Shown here piece by piece: positions 7,782 through 16,082 of a DNA stretch of 28,353 nucleotides. The translations under genes and the position numbers were made by a program. The notes beneath the pieces were generated by a model. The model had not been told where the DNA came from. It worked only from the letters and a program-made list of their open reading frames with translations, and made no database searches. Source of the DNA: a virus (taxonomy: Duplodnaviria; Heunggongvirae; Uroviricota; Caudoviricetes); the IMG/VR virus record IMGVR_UViG_3300035210_000102, positions 1 through 28,353 of that record. The stretch is one strand, 5' to 3'. How positions within the stretch are numbered: the first letter of the stretch is position 1; the number at the start of each line of letters is the position of its first letter.

Positions 7782-10070
7782 ATGAGAGACGCGCACGGTG
7801 AAATCGCCGGGCGGGAGACGGAAGTGCTAGACGCGCTAAAGATCGAGTGGCGCAAAGCCTGCAATGGCAAACACATCCACTGCCCGTTCCCCGGCCACGA
7901 TGACAAACATCCAAGCTGGCGATGGGATGCAAAAGACGTTCGCTGGAAATGCACATGCGGAGTCGGCAGTGTATTCGACGCGGCTATCGCGATGGGGCAG
8001 GCGGCCGACTGGAAAGGCGCACTGGCCTGGGTGCGAAAGGTGCTCGCAGTTGAGAATGAAGAGGTCGCCGAGCTGGTGTATTTTACGGCAGGCGCGGGCG
8101 CGTCGCCATTTATAGAAGAGCCGGGGGTGAGCGGTGGCCCCGGGGCGAAGGCAGAGCCGGAACCACAAGAGGCGGCAGCCGCGCAGCATGTACTCGCCGA
8201 TCGGCAGCCGACAGCTACGCAGGTCACACACGCGAAGTTCGGAAAGCCCACACGCATCGATTGCTACATGGTCGGAGCCAGGGTGTACGAAGCGCGAGTG
8301 CGCTACGACACGGAGCAGGGCAAGGCGGTCCTGCCCTGGCACTATAACGGCAAGCGCTGGGTCAACTCGGCCGCGCCGCAGCCTCGCCCGCTGTATCGCC
8401 TCGCCGAGTTGTGGCTCGACCCGGATGCGCCAATTTTGGTCGTTGAGGGCGAGAAGGCCGTAGACGGCGCGGCTGACCGATTTGCCGATTATGTGGTCAC
8501 CACGACAAGCGGCGGATGCAAGCAAGCCCACCATACCGATTACGCGGCGTTTGCGGGCCGTAGAGTGGTCGTGTGGCCTGATAACGATGAACCGGGGCGG
8601 AAGTACGCCGAGGCTATTTGCGCGCTCGTGATGGCCGCTGGGGCGATCGAGGCGCGCATCGTGCAGGTTCCGCCGGATTGGCCGAAGGGCTGGGATCTGG
8701 CGGACGAGCTGCCGCCGCTCACGGACGCGTTCAGCTACACGGAAGAGATGCTGCGCGTGATGCTGAATGATGCGGTCGATTGGGTGCCGCCCGTCGAGCC
8801 GGAAGCGGCAAAGCCCGCCTTCACGGTGGATGTGGATGTCGCGAACGAGGTTGAGCAGGAATTCGAATTCGACCCAAAAGGCAACATCCGGCGCAACGAG
8901 CACAATGTGTGCGCCGCGTTGGCCCGCATGGGTGTGAAGCTCAGCTATGACGAGTTCTCGGCCAAGTACATGATCGAGGGGCTGAAGGGGTACGGGCCGA
9001 TCGTGAACGATGACGCGCTGGACGAGCTTTGGCTGTGCCTGCAACGCCAATTCTATTTGCGTCTCGGAAAGGAAGAGCTGGACCGCATCATCCTGTCACA
9101 AGGCCGCATGCGGCGCTTTCATCCGGTGCGGCAATATCTGGAAAGCGTGACATGGGATGGCGTGGCGCGCGTGGATCGCTGGTTGGCGACGTATTTCGGC
9201 GTTGAGGATGACAGCGCCGGGCTGACAAGAGCGATCGGAAAAATCCTGCTGGTCGCTGCGGTGCGGCGTGTACGCCAGCCGGGCGTCAAATATGAGCACT
9301 TGGTTGTCTTGGAAGGACCGCAAGGTGTGGGGAAAAGCAGGGCGGTCAAGGCGCTTTGTCCAAATCCGCATTGGTTCACCGATAGCATTTCGCTCGGCCT
9401 GGAACCGCGTGAAGTGATGGAACTCACGGCGGGAAAGTGGATCGTGGAGATTGGCGAGCTCGCCGGGATGCGCAAGTCCGAGGTGGAACACGTCAAGGCG
9501 CTGCTGTCCCGGCAAACCGACGAAGCCCGCATGGCCTACGACCGCATGAAGCGCGATCGGCCAAGGGAATGGATTTGCATCGGCACCACGAATGAGGACA
9601 CCTACCTGCTGGACGAAACCGGCAACCGCCGCTTCCTGCCCGTCACATGCGGCAGGATCAATGTGGCTGGCATCGAACGCGATCGCGACCAGCTATGGGC
9701 CGAGGCATGCGTCATGGAGGCGAAGGGCGAGCCGATCTTCCTGAGCGATGAATTGCGCGGCGCGCTCGCCAATCAACATGCATCCAGGGAGGTGATAGAC
9801 GAACTTCAGGAGGTCGTGCAGGAGTGGCTGGACAAGCAATTCAGGCCCGGCACACACCTTTTTGAGGACCATCGAACGACCATCGTGGAGGTCGCCCGCA
9901 GTGCACTAGAATTGAAGACGGAGCGGCTTGACCCTGGCATGCAAAGGCGAATTCGACGAATTCTTAAGCATGCTGGATGGAAAAAAGGAATGCGGTCGAA
10001 CGGGAAAAACTATTGGGTGCGTTCTCAGTGCATTACGGCTGCACTTAAACCGACCGAATGCACTGGGTAG
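7782..10070 (+). CDS. Primase-helicase: Zn-binding domain, TOPRIM primase, VirE/VapE-family P-loop helicase
   Basis: CPFPGHDDKHPS...CTCG; VVEGEKAVD, WPDNDEPG, GWDLAD; Walker A LEGPQGVGKS; GKWIVEIGEL, IGTTN, DETGNRRFLPV. Confidence 0.9.
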   Translation: MRDAHGEIAGRETEVLDALKIEWRKACNGKHIHCPFPGHDDKHPSWRWDAKDVRWKCTCGVGSVFDAAIAMGQAADWKGALAWVRKVLAVENEEVAELVYFTAGAGASPFIEEPGVSGGPGAKAEPEPQEAAAAQHVLADRQPTATQVTHAKFGKPTRIDCYMVGARVYEARVRYDTEQGKAVLPWHYNGKRWVNSAAPQPRPLYRLAELWLDPDAPILVVEGEKAVDGAADRFADYVVTTTSGGCKQAHHTDYAAFAGRRVVVWPDNDEPGRKYAEAICALVMAAGAIEARIVQVPPDWPKGWDLADELPPLTDAFSYTEEMLRVMLNDAVDWVPPVEPEAAKPAFTVDVDVANEVEQEFEFDPKGNIRRNEHNVCAALARMGVKLSYDEFSAKYMIEGLKGYGPIVNDDALDELWLCLQRQFYLRLGKEELDRIILSQGRMRRFHPVRQYLESVTWDGVARVDRWLATYFGVEDDSAGLTRAIGKILLVAAVRRVRQPGVKYEHLVVLEGPQGVGKSRAVKALCPNPHWFTDSISLGLEPREVMELTAGKWIVEIGELAGMRKSEVEHVKALLSRQTDEARMAYDRMKRDRPREWICIGTTNEDTYLLDETGNRRFLPVTCGRINVAGIERDRDQLWAEACVMEAKGEPIFLSDELRGALANQHASREVIDELQEVVQEWLDKQFRPGTHLFEDHRTTIVEVARSALELKTERLDPGMQRRIRRILKHAGWKKGMRSNGKNYWVRSQCITAALKPTECTG

Positions 10071-10268
10071 CGCACTCGGCCTCCATAGCGGTAAGCTGTT
10101 GATGTTGAACGTCTATTCCGCCTTACAGTACATACAGTGCATATAGTGCACTAAATATAATAAATAGAGGGAATAGGAGAGGGGAAGGAGGAAAGAGAGG
10201 ATACGTTAACCATACACATAGCATTTAGGTACTCTAAGGAATTTAGTGCACTGCTGCACTTCTGCACT
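10027..10268. repeat. Cluster of TGCACT hexamers around an AT-rich/polypurine core, probable replication origin
   Basis: TGCACT or its complement AGTGCA at 10027, 10040, 10059, 10136, 10145, 10245, 10255, 10263. Confidence 0.6.
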
Positions 10269-10288
10269 GCCTGCCGCCGTGGAGGCCG

Positions 10289-10639
10289 TCACGAGATGGC
10301 GAGAATTTCGCCTTTCGTGACCCTCAAACATTCCGCCAATGCCTCCTCTTCGGTGTTGAAGCTTGTCGGGCTATCCTCACCACCCAACGTGTAAAATCGG
10401 CCATCTGGCGCAAGGACAACCTTCGGGTTGTTCATGTGGGACAAGTGCGCGTGTATTGTGCCTTGAACCGTAACGGGGCGCGCGTCGATGACGCTGTCCG
10501 TAGCACCCTCTTTGCCGATGCTAAACAGCTCCCATGCAATGATGGGCTCAAGTTCAAAGCAGTGCTTGTCGCCTGTAAGCTCGGCCTTGGTGTATGTGGC
10601 AAGATAATAGCCGGGATTGGCTTTAATGATGGTGGTCAT
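10289..10639 (-). CDS. Hypothetical protein (116 aa)
   Basis: AGGAAG Shine-Dalgarno upstream; last gene of the leftward block. Confidence 0.7.
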   Translation of the reverse strand: MTTIIKANPGYYLATYTKAELTGDKHCFELEPIIAWELFSIGKEGATDSVIDARPVTVQGTIHAHLSHMNNPKVVLAPDGRFYTLGGEDSPTSFNTEEEALAECLRVTKGEILAIS

Positions 10640-10719
10640 TGGCTTCCTATTTTGCTGAATTAAAGTCCTTCGTGAACCAGCCCACGATGAACCCCCATTA
10701 TTAGCCCCTTTGGTGTGTC

Positions 10720-10749
10720 AAAAAAAGCCGGAGCAATCCGCCCCGGCTC
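10720..10749 (-). terminator. Intrinsic terminator closing the acidic peptide cluster
   Basis: Minus strand reads GAGCCGG...CCGGCTT followed by a U run. Confidence 0.7.
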
Positions 10750-10757
10750 GCTGTCGC

Positions 10758-10889
10758 CTACTGTCGCCGGATAGGGTGGTTCTCGGCATCCCCTATCACA
10801 AGATCACACCCGCCGCTTTCAAACAGCGGGCACTCCTCGCAGATGTGGTCGCCACACGGCGTTTCGTTGTCAGTCTCCTGTGAAGGCAT
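10758..10889 (-). CDS. 43-aa Cys-rich peptide (MPSQETDNETPCGDHICEECPLFESGGCDLV...)
   Basis: GGAGG Shine-Dalgarno; motif shared with the upstream peptide. Confidence 0.6.
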   Translation of the reverse strand: MPSQETDNETPCGDHICEECPLFESGGCDLVIGDAENHPIRRQ

Positions 10890-11022
10890 CCGCGCTTCCT
10901 CCTGTATCCGTGCTTGTGTCCACTGTGTCACAACCCGTATCGCAGTCCTCGCAGATTGTGTCATCTCCGCAAGGGGTTTCTGTCCCGCCTGCATCTGTGC
11001 CGCCTAGATCGCCGCCGCTCAT
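10870..11022 (-). CDS. 50-aa highly acidic Cys-containing peptide (MSGGDLGGTDAGGTETPCGDDTICEDCDTGCD...)
   Basis: Translated by hand; ATGA overlap with the upstream stop at 11019-11022; not in the ORF track. Confidence 0.6.
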   Translation of the reverse strand: MSGGDLGGTDAGGTETPCGDDTICEDCDTGCDTVDTSTDTGGSADAFTGD

Positions 11023-11156
11023 ATTATCGGCTCCGGGTCGGAACCGCCTGCCTCGGTTGATTCTGTCGGTTGCTCATGCACCGGACATTCAGTCGAAGCT
11101 GTGGACTCCTGCGGTTCTTCGGCTGGCTCGCCGTCTTCGTCTCCACCTAGTCGCAT
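11019..11156 (-). CDS. 45-aa acidic peptide (MRLGGDEDGEPAEEPQESTASTECP...)
   Basis: AGAGGAG Shine-Dalgarno before the ATG at 11156. Confidence 0.55.
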   Translation of the reverse strand: MRLGGDEDGEPAEEPQESTASTECPVHEQPTESTEAGGSDPEPII

Positions 11157-11224
11157 GCTCTTCTCCTCTGGTTGTAGTTGTCCGGTCATTCGCGGAATGC
11201 AGAAAAAACCGGACAACGGGGTAA

Positions 11225-11557
11225 TTAGGCTGTTTCCTTGGCGCAAACCTCCGCCAAAAGGGCGGGGTCCGCGTGAAAGGGTGTTGCGCTTATAGCAGTG
11301 CCGCTCCATGCGTGGTAGGCCTCAAAAAGCGCACGGTACTTCCCGCGCGCCTCATCTGCTTGGGCCGCCCGCCGATCTCCAGCCGCGCGAAAGGCGTGGT
11401 TGCTCGACCGGCGATAGGCGTTTGCATTACGCTCACATTCACGCATGGCCGCGTACAGCCGCATGATTTCCCGCCGGATAATCCGCCCGGCCTCCTGCAC
11501 ATGTGGCGGCATGGCGTGAACGTCAGGCTCACACGGCACGCCGAAGTCGATCAGCAT
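11225..11557 (-). CDS. Hypothetical protein (110 aa)
   Basis: Start overlaps the end of the upstream gene. Confidence 0.6.
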   Translation of the reverse strand: MLIDFGVPCEPDVHAMPPHVQEAGRIIRREIMRLYAAMRECERNANAYRRSSNHAFRAAGDRRAAQADEARGKYRALFEAYHAWSGTAISATPFHADPALLAEVCAKETA

Positions 11558-12039
11558 TGCTCCACCTCAAGCATGCTAAGCGCTCTGATAATCTTGAATT
11601 GCGGCGGTTCCTGCCGCGTGTGCGATTGTAGGCTCTCCCAATCGTCATCCGACATGCACCGCCGCACCATGCCGAAGAATGCGTTTTGCGCTTCGATCTG
11701 CCGGGCCGCTCCCCATGCTTCACCCCTTTGCGGCAGCGCGTCCAAGGCAAGGTTCGCAAGCAATGCTTTGTCGTGGTGCGTAAGCCCCGTTCCGGGGTCG
11801 GCAAGTTCCGGTTCGCCAACCCCGTCCCATTTCATGATCGTGGTTGCGCCCGCCGCCATTAGCAGCGCCATGATGGCCGCGTAAGACTTGCCGATTGCCG
11901 TGTGGCCGCTGTCGCTGCAAGCGATGTGGCAGCGCTCCATGCCGTCCGCGCGCGGTGCCATTGGCGTGATGCGGTGGATATCAGCGACGTTGAGCGATAG
12001 CGGCGTCGTTTCGGTGTCGATCTCGATGAATATGGTCAT
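11551..12039 (-). CDS. Hypothetical protein
   Basis: Start reassigned to MTIFIEI; ATGA overlap at 12036-12039 and AGGAG Shine-Dalgarno. Confidence 0.7.
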   Translation of the reverse strand: MTIFIEIDTETTPLSLNVADIHRITPMAPRADGMERCHIACSDSGHTAIGKSYAAIMALLMAAGATTIMKWDGVGEPELADPGTGLTHHDKALLANLALDALPQRGEAWGAARQIEAQNAFFGMVRRCMSDDDWESLQSHTRQEPPQFKIIRALSMLEVEQC

Positions 12040-12434
12040 GCCTTGTTCTCCTCTTGCCCGCAGAGCTTGCGGCATTCCAGGATGAGTTTGTCGAACTCTT
12101 CGATCACGTCCCGGCGTGCATCGCGGTCAAGCGCTGCCACCTTCTGCACCAGCGTTCGTGCATCGTCAGTGTAGGGCATGTCGGCAGGCAGGCGTATGCC
12201 CCATTTCACCTCTTGGCGAGCTGCCGCCCCGTACTCGACATCGAGGGCCAAGATTATGTCGCTCGTGAAGGGTGTGATGTCGCTGTCTTCGCCGTCCTCC
12301 CAGTCGATCTCCCCGCGCGCCTCATCTTCCAGCAATTGCTTGAGGGCCGTGTCGTTGTCGGTCGCCTCGAATTCGCAATATTGCGCGATGCGCCGGTTTA
12401 TGAAGCGTGTGGCGTAGTAGGTTTGCTTGTCCAT
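12036..12434 (-). CDS. Acidic hypothetical protein (132 aa)
   Basis: GAGGAAG Shine-Dalgarno; coupled to the next gene. Confidence 0.75.
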   Translation of the reverse strand: MDKQTYYATRFINRRIAQYCEFEATDNDTALKQLLEDEARGEIDWEDGEDSDITPFTSDIILALDVEYGAAARQEVKWGIRLPADMPYTDDARTLVQKVAALDRDARRDVIEEFDKLILECRKLCGQEENKA

Positions 12435-12452
12435 AATGTCTTCCTCTCGATC

Positions 12453-12481
12453 AAAATGAAAACGGCGCTCGAAAGCGCCGC
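12453..12481 (-). terminator. Repeated terminator-like hairpin, copy 1
   Basis: Minus strand GCGGCGCTTTCGAGCGCCGTTTTCATTTT. Confidence 0.75.
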
Positions 12482-12492
12482 CAGGGTAGGTG

Positions 12493-12897
12493 TTACGCTT
12501 TTGGCCAGCCCTGCCCTAGCCATTCATTGGTGTTGATGTAGGTGCTGGCTCCTGTTTCCAGGTTCACCATTGCCGCGCCGCCGCCAAAGCTATCAACACG
12601 CGGACGGTTGCATGTGTTGGCCCAGCTAAACCCCCACAAACCCTTAAGCCCCAGAGCCTTGCCGATTTGTGCCACGAATTCGCAGACATCGTTTGTGTTA
12701 CCGTCTGCGTCAGCGTGTATCCAAAGCGCGTGCGGTTCCCAGTCGGTTGCTTCGCATTCAAAGCCTACCGGCCCACCGCCTTCTTCGTTGGCTTCGCACC
12801 GCTCCGCGAATTCTTCGAATAATTCGAGCGCCTTGGCGACGTTTGCCTTGCTGCCTAGATTGAGTGTTGCGGAAAATTGCGTGTAATAATCTGCCAT
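12493..12897 (-). CDS. Conserved hypothetical protein of alphaproteobacterial mobile elements
   Basis: MADYYTQFS...GLWGFSWANTCNRPRVDSFGGGA resembles a family I recall from ICE/plasmid accessory regions (unverified); AGGAGG Shine-Dalgarno. Confidence 0.75.
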   Translation of the reverse strand: MADYYTQFSATLNLGSKANVAKALELFEEFAERCEANEEGGGPVGFECEATDWEPHALWIHADADGNTNDVCEFVAQIGKALGLKGLWGFSWANTCNRPRVDSFGGGAAMVNLETGASTYINTNEWLGQGWPKA

Positions 12898-12916
12898 GGT
12901 GGCCTCCTGTGATTTG

Positions 12917-12945
12917 AAAATGAAAACGGCGCCCGAAAGCGCCGC
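12917..12945 (-). terminator. Repeated terminator-like hairpin, copy 2
   Basis: 28 of 29 nt identical to copy 1. Confidence 0.75.
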
Positions 12946-12969
12946 GTTGGTGTAGGGCAGGGTAGGGCG

Positions 12970-13431
12970 TTACGCCTTCAGCATGTGTTCCGCCAGAAGC
13001 TTCAGACCGTGATGCGTTGGGCAGTAGCGGCCATCCGCCTCAAGCTCCGTCACGCCTAGTTCGCATAGCCTGTTATGCATGGGTCGCCAGTCAAGATCGA
13101 AGGCTGTCTTGCTCGCTCTGGCCAGCCAGTACAGCCGGTTAAGCTCCGCCTTTGTCATGTCGGCGAGCGTTGTCATCGGTGGCCGGTTCGAATTGAGAAA
13201 CTCGGCCCTGGTCAAGGGGCGGCCAGCTTCCCAATATCGCCCATCACCCTGTTCGAGAAAAGCGCGATAGGTCGCCCGCATGCGCCCCTGTATTTCACAC
13301 ATGCGAAAGTCGTGCGGCTCCCCTACAAGGAAGCCGCCGTTGCCCTGGTGCGCAGGTGGGACCGCGCCCAAAAACTCCCAGTAGCGGTCATGCGTCGTAC
13401 TGGTCCAATTTACGGTGCAGGCTTCTGTCAT
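12970..13431 (-). CDS. Hypothetical protein, probably two fused small domains
   Basis: RYWEFLGAVPP...GFLVGEP N-terminal domain, then an MTTLADMTKAEL... second half; ATGA overlap. Confidence 0.7.
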   Translation of the reverse strand: MTEACTVNWTSTTHDRYWEFLGAVPPAHQGNGGFLVGEPHDFRMCEIQGRMRATYRAFLEQGDGRYWEAGRPLTRAEFLNSNRPPMTTLADMTKAELNRLYWLARASKTAFDLDWRPMHNRLCELGVTELEADGRYCPTHHGLKLLAEHMLKA

Positions 13432-13694
13432 GGCTTCATCCCCTTGTGTTGCGTTTCGACTTCGGCGACGTGTTTGGCGTAGTGACGCATAAGCGCTTGC
13501 GCCACTAGCTCCAGATCATCGAGGCTCATGCCTTCGCATGGCTCGTTAAATTCTTGCCGATAACGCGGCAACAGGACGTAGCGCACGTGAGCATTCCATG
13601 TATTCAGCGGCGCGCTGTTTTTCGCCCAGTTGCAGTGCTGGTCGTACAAGTCGCTCAGGTTGCGGGCGAACAAGTCGAGGTCTTCCGGCGTCAT
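13428..13694 (-). CDS. Hypothetical protein (88 aa)
   Basis: Start reassigned to MTPEDL; ATGA overlap at 13691-13694 and AAGGAG Shine-Dalgarno. Confidence 0.7.
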   Translation of the reverse strand: MTPEDLDLFARNLSDLYDQHCNWAKNSAPLNTWNAHVRYVLLPRYRQEFNEPCEGMSLDDLELVAQALMRHYAKHVAEVETQHKGMKP

Positions 13695-13885
13695 TCTGTT
13701 GGCTCCTTCTTGACGCGATGTTTCTCGTATTTGAACTGGCCGTGCGGCTCGTTCGCCCGATATTCCCTCAAGCTTTGGCGGCAGAGCCTCCAAGTAGGCT
13801 CACAATTCACAATGTCCCAGGTCACGCCGCCGTCATAGCTCGCGTGTATGTCGTATTCATCGACCGTCTTGCGTTTGTAGGCCAT
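13691..13885 (-). CDS. Hypothetical protein (64 aa)
   Basis: Start reassigned to MAYKRKTVDEY; AGGGGAG Shine-Dalgarno. Confidence 0.7.
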   Translation of the reverse strand: MAYKRKTVDEYDIHASYDGGVTWDIVNCEPTWRLCRQSLREYRANEPHGQFKYEKHRVKKEPTE

Positions 13886-13898
13886 GTGCCGCGCTCCC

Positions 13899-14258
13899 CT
13901 AGTGCAGAAATTCCCCAAGCCCCAGCCGTTCAAACGCGCCGATAATTTCCGGCTTGCACATGCCGTCGATGCCACGCCAGTAGCCGTGCTCCTTGTGCCA
14001 AGTCACCAGTTCGGTGACGGCCTGCACAAATTCGGCGTCGGTGTCGCAAATCGTGACGGTAACATCGCCCTCGCAGTAGCTTGTGAGCGTCCGCGTTGTC
14101 GGGTTGGCCCAGTTGCCATAGTAGGAAGCATCCTGGCTCGTATCGATTTGCGCCCAGCCGTTTATGGATGAACACAGTTTGAAGTCGAAGGCGTATCGGC
14201 TGCCGTCGCCCTCTGGAAAAGCGTCTGTTCCGTTGAACCGTTTGATTTGAGTACCCAT
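13899..14258 (-). CDS. Conserved hypothetical protein of mobile elements (119 aa)
   Basis: RYAFDFKLCS..NGWAQIDTSQDASYYGNWANP...YCEGDV resembles a family I recall from ICEs/plasmids (unverified); GGAAGG Shine-Dalgarno. Confidence 0.75.
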   Translation of the reverse strand: MGTQIKRFNGTDAFPEGDGSRYAFDFKLCSSINGWAQIDTSQDASYYGNWANPTTRTLTSYCEGDVTVTICDTDAEFVQAVTELVTWHKEHGYWRGIDGMCKPEIIGAFERLGLGEFLH

Positions 14259-14287
14259 GATTGTCGGCCTTCCTGAATGCGTTGGGG

Positions 14288-14485
14288 TTAGTCTTCGTCG
14301 GCGTCCGCGTCGCTGCCCTCTCCGGGATCTGGCACATCCACCAAGAAAAGCTCCAGGGCGTAGCGGAGCGCCTCGCTTTCGTTGCACTTTATGTCGCGAG
14401 ACCTCCGCCACGCGGTGAGCCTGCGCTTCATGGAAGGGGGAACTTTCCCCCCGACGAATTTCATGACTTCCTTCTCTTCGGCCAC
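14288..14485 (-). CDS. Ribbon-helix-helix (CopG/Arc-like) DNA-binding protein
   Basis: KFVGGKVPPSMKRRLTAW...NESEALRYALELFL fits strand-helix-helix; AGGAGG before the GTG. Confidence 0.6.
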   Translation of the reverse strand: MAEEKEVMKFVGGKVPPSMKRRLTAWRRSRDIKCNESEALRYALELFLVDVPDPGEGSDADADED

Positions 14486-14494
14486 CGTGACCTC

Positions 14495-14776
14495 CTATTT
14501 TCCAAATTTCGCGCCGGGGTAGGCGGCGAGAAGCTCCGCCTTGGCGCTAGCTCGATCCACGCACCGTAGATAACATGCGAACGTGCCAGAGCTGTCGAAG
14601 CATTCCCAAAGGGGCAAACCAAGCCCCCAATAAGCGCCGCCCGCATCATAGCCGCCCCTTCTGAGTGGCACGCGGCGCACGTACAGCCGCATCCCCTCCG
14701 CAAACTCGCCACGAGAGACGCGCCCGTGTGGCGCGCCGTAGCGGCTGCGAACGTCCGTTATCGTGGTTTTGGTCAT
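14495..14776 (-). CDS. Conserved phage hypothetical protein (93 aa)
   Basis: RYGAPHGR...RRVPLRRGGYDAGGAYWG; ATGA overlap at 14773-14776. Confidence 0.7.
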   Translation of the reverse strand: MTKTTITDVRSRYGAPHGRVSRGEFAEGMRLYVRRVPLRRGGYDAGGAYWGLGLPLWECFDSSGTFACYLRCVDRASAKAELLAAYPGAKFGK

Positions 14777-14970
14777 TGCTCTGTTTCGATGCTTGCCGCG
14801 CCGACCTGTATCCCGTTCATGTCGTACAGCTTGCGCGAGGTGCAAACCCGCATCTCGCCTCGCAAGATTTTTCCGGCTAACTCGATCAGGATGCGTGCAA
14901 GCTCGATTTGCGCCTGTTCGCCCTGGAAAGCTGCGGTGCTCATGTTGATTGAAGAAGTGAAGGTTTTCAT
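14773..14970 (-). CDS. Hypothetical protein (65 aa)
   Basis: Overlap-coupled on both sides. Confidence 0.6.
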   Translation of the reverse strand: MKTFTSSINMSTAAFQGEQAQIELARILIELAGKILRGEMRVCTSRKLYDMNGIQVGAASIETEQ

Positions 14971-15155
14971 TTAGCCTCTCCTGCCTTGTGTTGCTTGATG
15001 ATCGCGCCATCAAGGAGCAGGGTGATATCACGCCCGCCCGCCTGCCCCTTGCCTGATTGTGATCTGGAGACGTGCAGCGCATAAAGTCCCTCCGCCTCCG
15101 CCTTGCTGGTGCCGTGGTAGCATTCCCCAACTCCAGCCACTAAGAGCTTGTACAT
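14967..15155 (-). CDS. Hypothetical protein (62 aa), paralogous to the C-terminus of the upstream gene
   Basis: TAATG overlap; alignable by eye with the last ~60 aa of 15155-15622. Confidence 0.7.
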   Translation of the reverse strand: MYKLLVAGVGECYHGTSKAEAEGLYALHVSRSQSGKGQAGGRDITLLLDGAIIKQHKAGEAK

Positions 15156-15622
15156 TAATCCTCTTCACCCTCCTCACCGAAGTGCTCAGCCACGATCTCG
15201 CCCGCCTTCATGAGCGTAACGCCCTCGCCGCCCGCTCGACCATAGCCCGCGCTCGACTGTGTGACATACTTCGCAAACGTCGCGCGCGCCTCTGCCTCGT
15301 CCGTGCCGTCATAGGTGCGGCCGATATTGCCGACCAGAACTTCCCATTGAACCGGGCCGCCGAGTGTTTCCCACCGATCCGCCGCGACGCCGAGTAGCTC
15401 GCCGAATTGCCGATTGCTTTTGCTGTTGGCGTCTTGGAGATACTCAGCGGACGCGGCGCGCCAAGCGTCGGGCGCGTGGACGCTTTTGCCGAGAATATCG
15501 GTGATGTTGGCCACTACCTCGCTCAAGGCTTCCGTGGTTTTCGCCTTGCCGATGTAGGCCTTCCACTCGTTATGGATTAGGTCGGAGAAGTTCATATCCA
15601 TTGCGAATTCTGACATGCTCAT
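15155..15622 (-). CDS. Two-domain hypothetical protein (155 aa)
   Basis: Start reassigned to MSMSEF; TGATG overlap and GAGGAG Shine-Dalgarno. Confidence 0.7.
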   Translation of the reverse strand: MSMSEFAMDMNFSDLIHNEWKAYIGKAKTTEALSEVVANITDILGKSVHAPDAWRAASAEYLQDANSKSNRQFGELLGVAADRWETLGGPVQWEVLVGNIGRTYDGTDEAEARATFAKYVTQSSAGYGRAGGEGVTLMKAGEIVAEHFGEEGEED

Positions 15623-15846
15623 CAGTGTGTCTCCTCGATTAAACCCATAGCGATTGTTGTGTCGCAAACGTCGCAATCGGTGATCGTTTGCCCTAGAAAT
15701 TCATGTGTCGCGACATAGCGCACGCGCATCAGTTCGCCCGCCGCGTTGTAGGTCCGCCAAATGTCAGTGACAGTGCAGAGACGCGGAGCTTTGCCCCGCG
15801 TCTTGAATTGCGTCCCGATCGGAAAGCGCGGCTCGTTGACGCTCAT
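15622..15846 (-). CDS. Conserved phage hypothetical protein (74 aa)
   Basis: PRFPIGTQFKTRGKAPRLCTVTDI...RYVATHEFLGQ; ATGA overlap. Confidence 0.7.
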   Translation of the reverse strand: MSVNEPRFPIGTQFKTRGKAPRLCTVTDIWRTYNAAGELMRVRYVATHEFLGQTITDCDVCDTTIAMGLIEETH

Positions 15847-16082
15847 TCGCGCGCCTTAACCGGCATGAAGATTTTAACCTCGATGCAATCAGCCATTAGC
15901 CCGCTGATCTCGCAACGCTCGAAATTGACTTCTTCGCCATATTCGAACGACGCGCTAGGCCATTGTTTCAGCCACTTGGAAAGCTGTCTTTCCTCGCGAT
16001 TGCTCAAGCCTGAAATATCACCGTATTCAATGGCGGTCGCCCAATGCTGGGCAATGGTCGCTTCGTCTTCATCAAAGGTCAT
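15843..16082 (-). CDS. Acidic hypothetical protein (79 aa)
   Basis: WATAIEYGDISGLS motif; ATGA overlap. Confidence 0.7.
   Translation of the reverse strand: MTFDEDEATIAQHWATAIEYGDISGLSNREERQLSKWLKQWPSASFEYGEEVNFERCEISGLMADCIEVKIFMPVKARE

Noticed and set aside
7836-9050. 404-aa antisense ORF (also 5278-6036, 23236-23904, 16292-17143, 26045-26503)
   Set aside because: These lie opposite well-supported genes, have no motifs, and are the expected shadow frames of GC-biased codon usage
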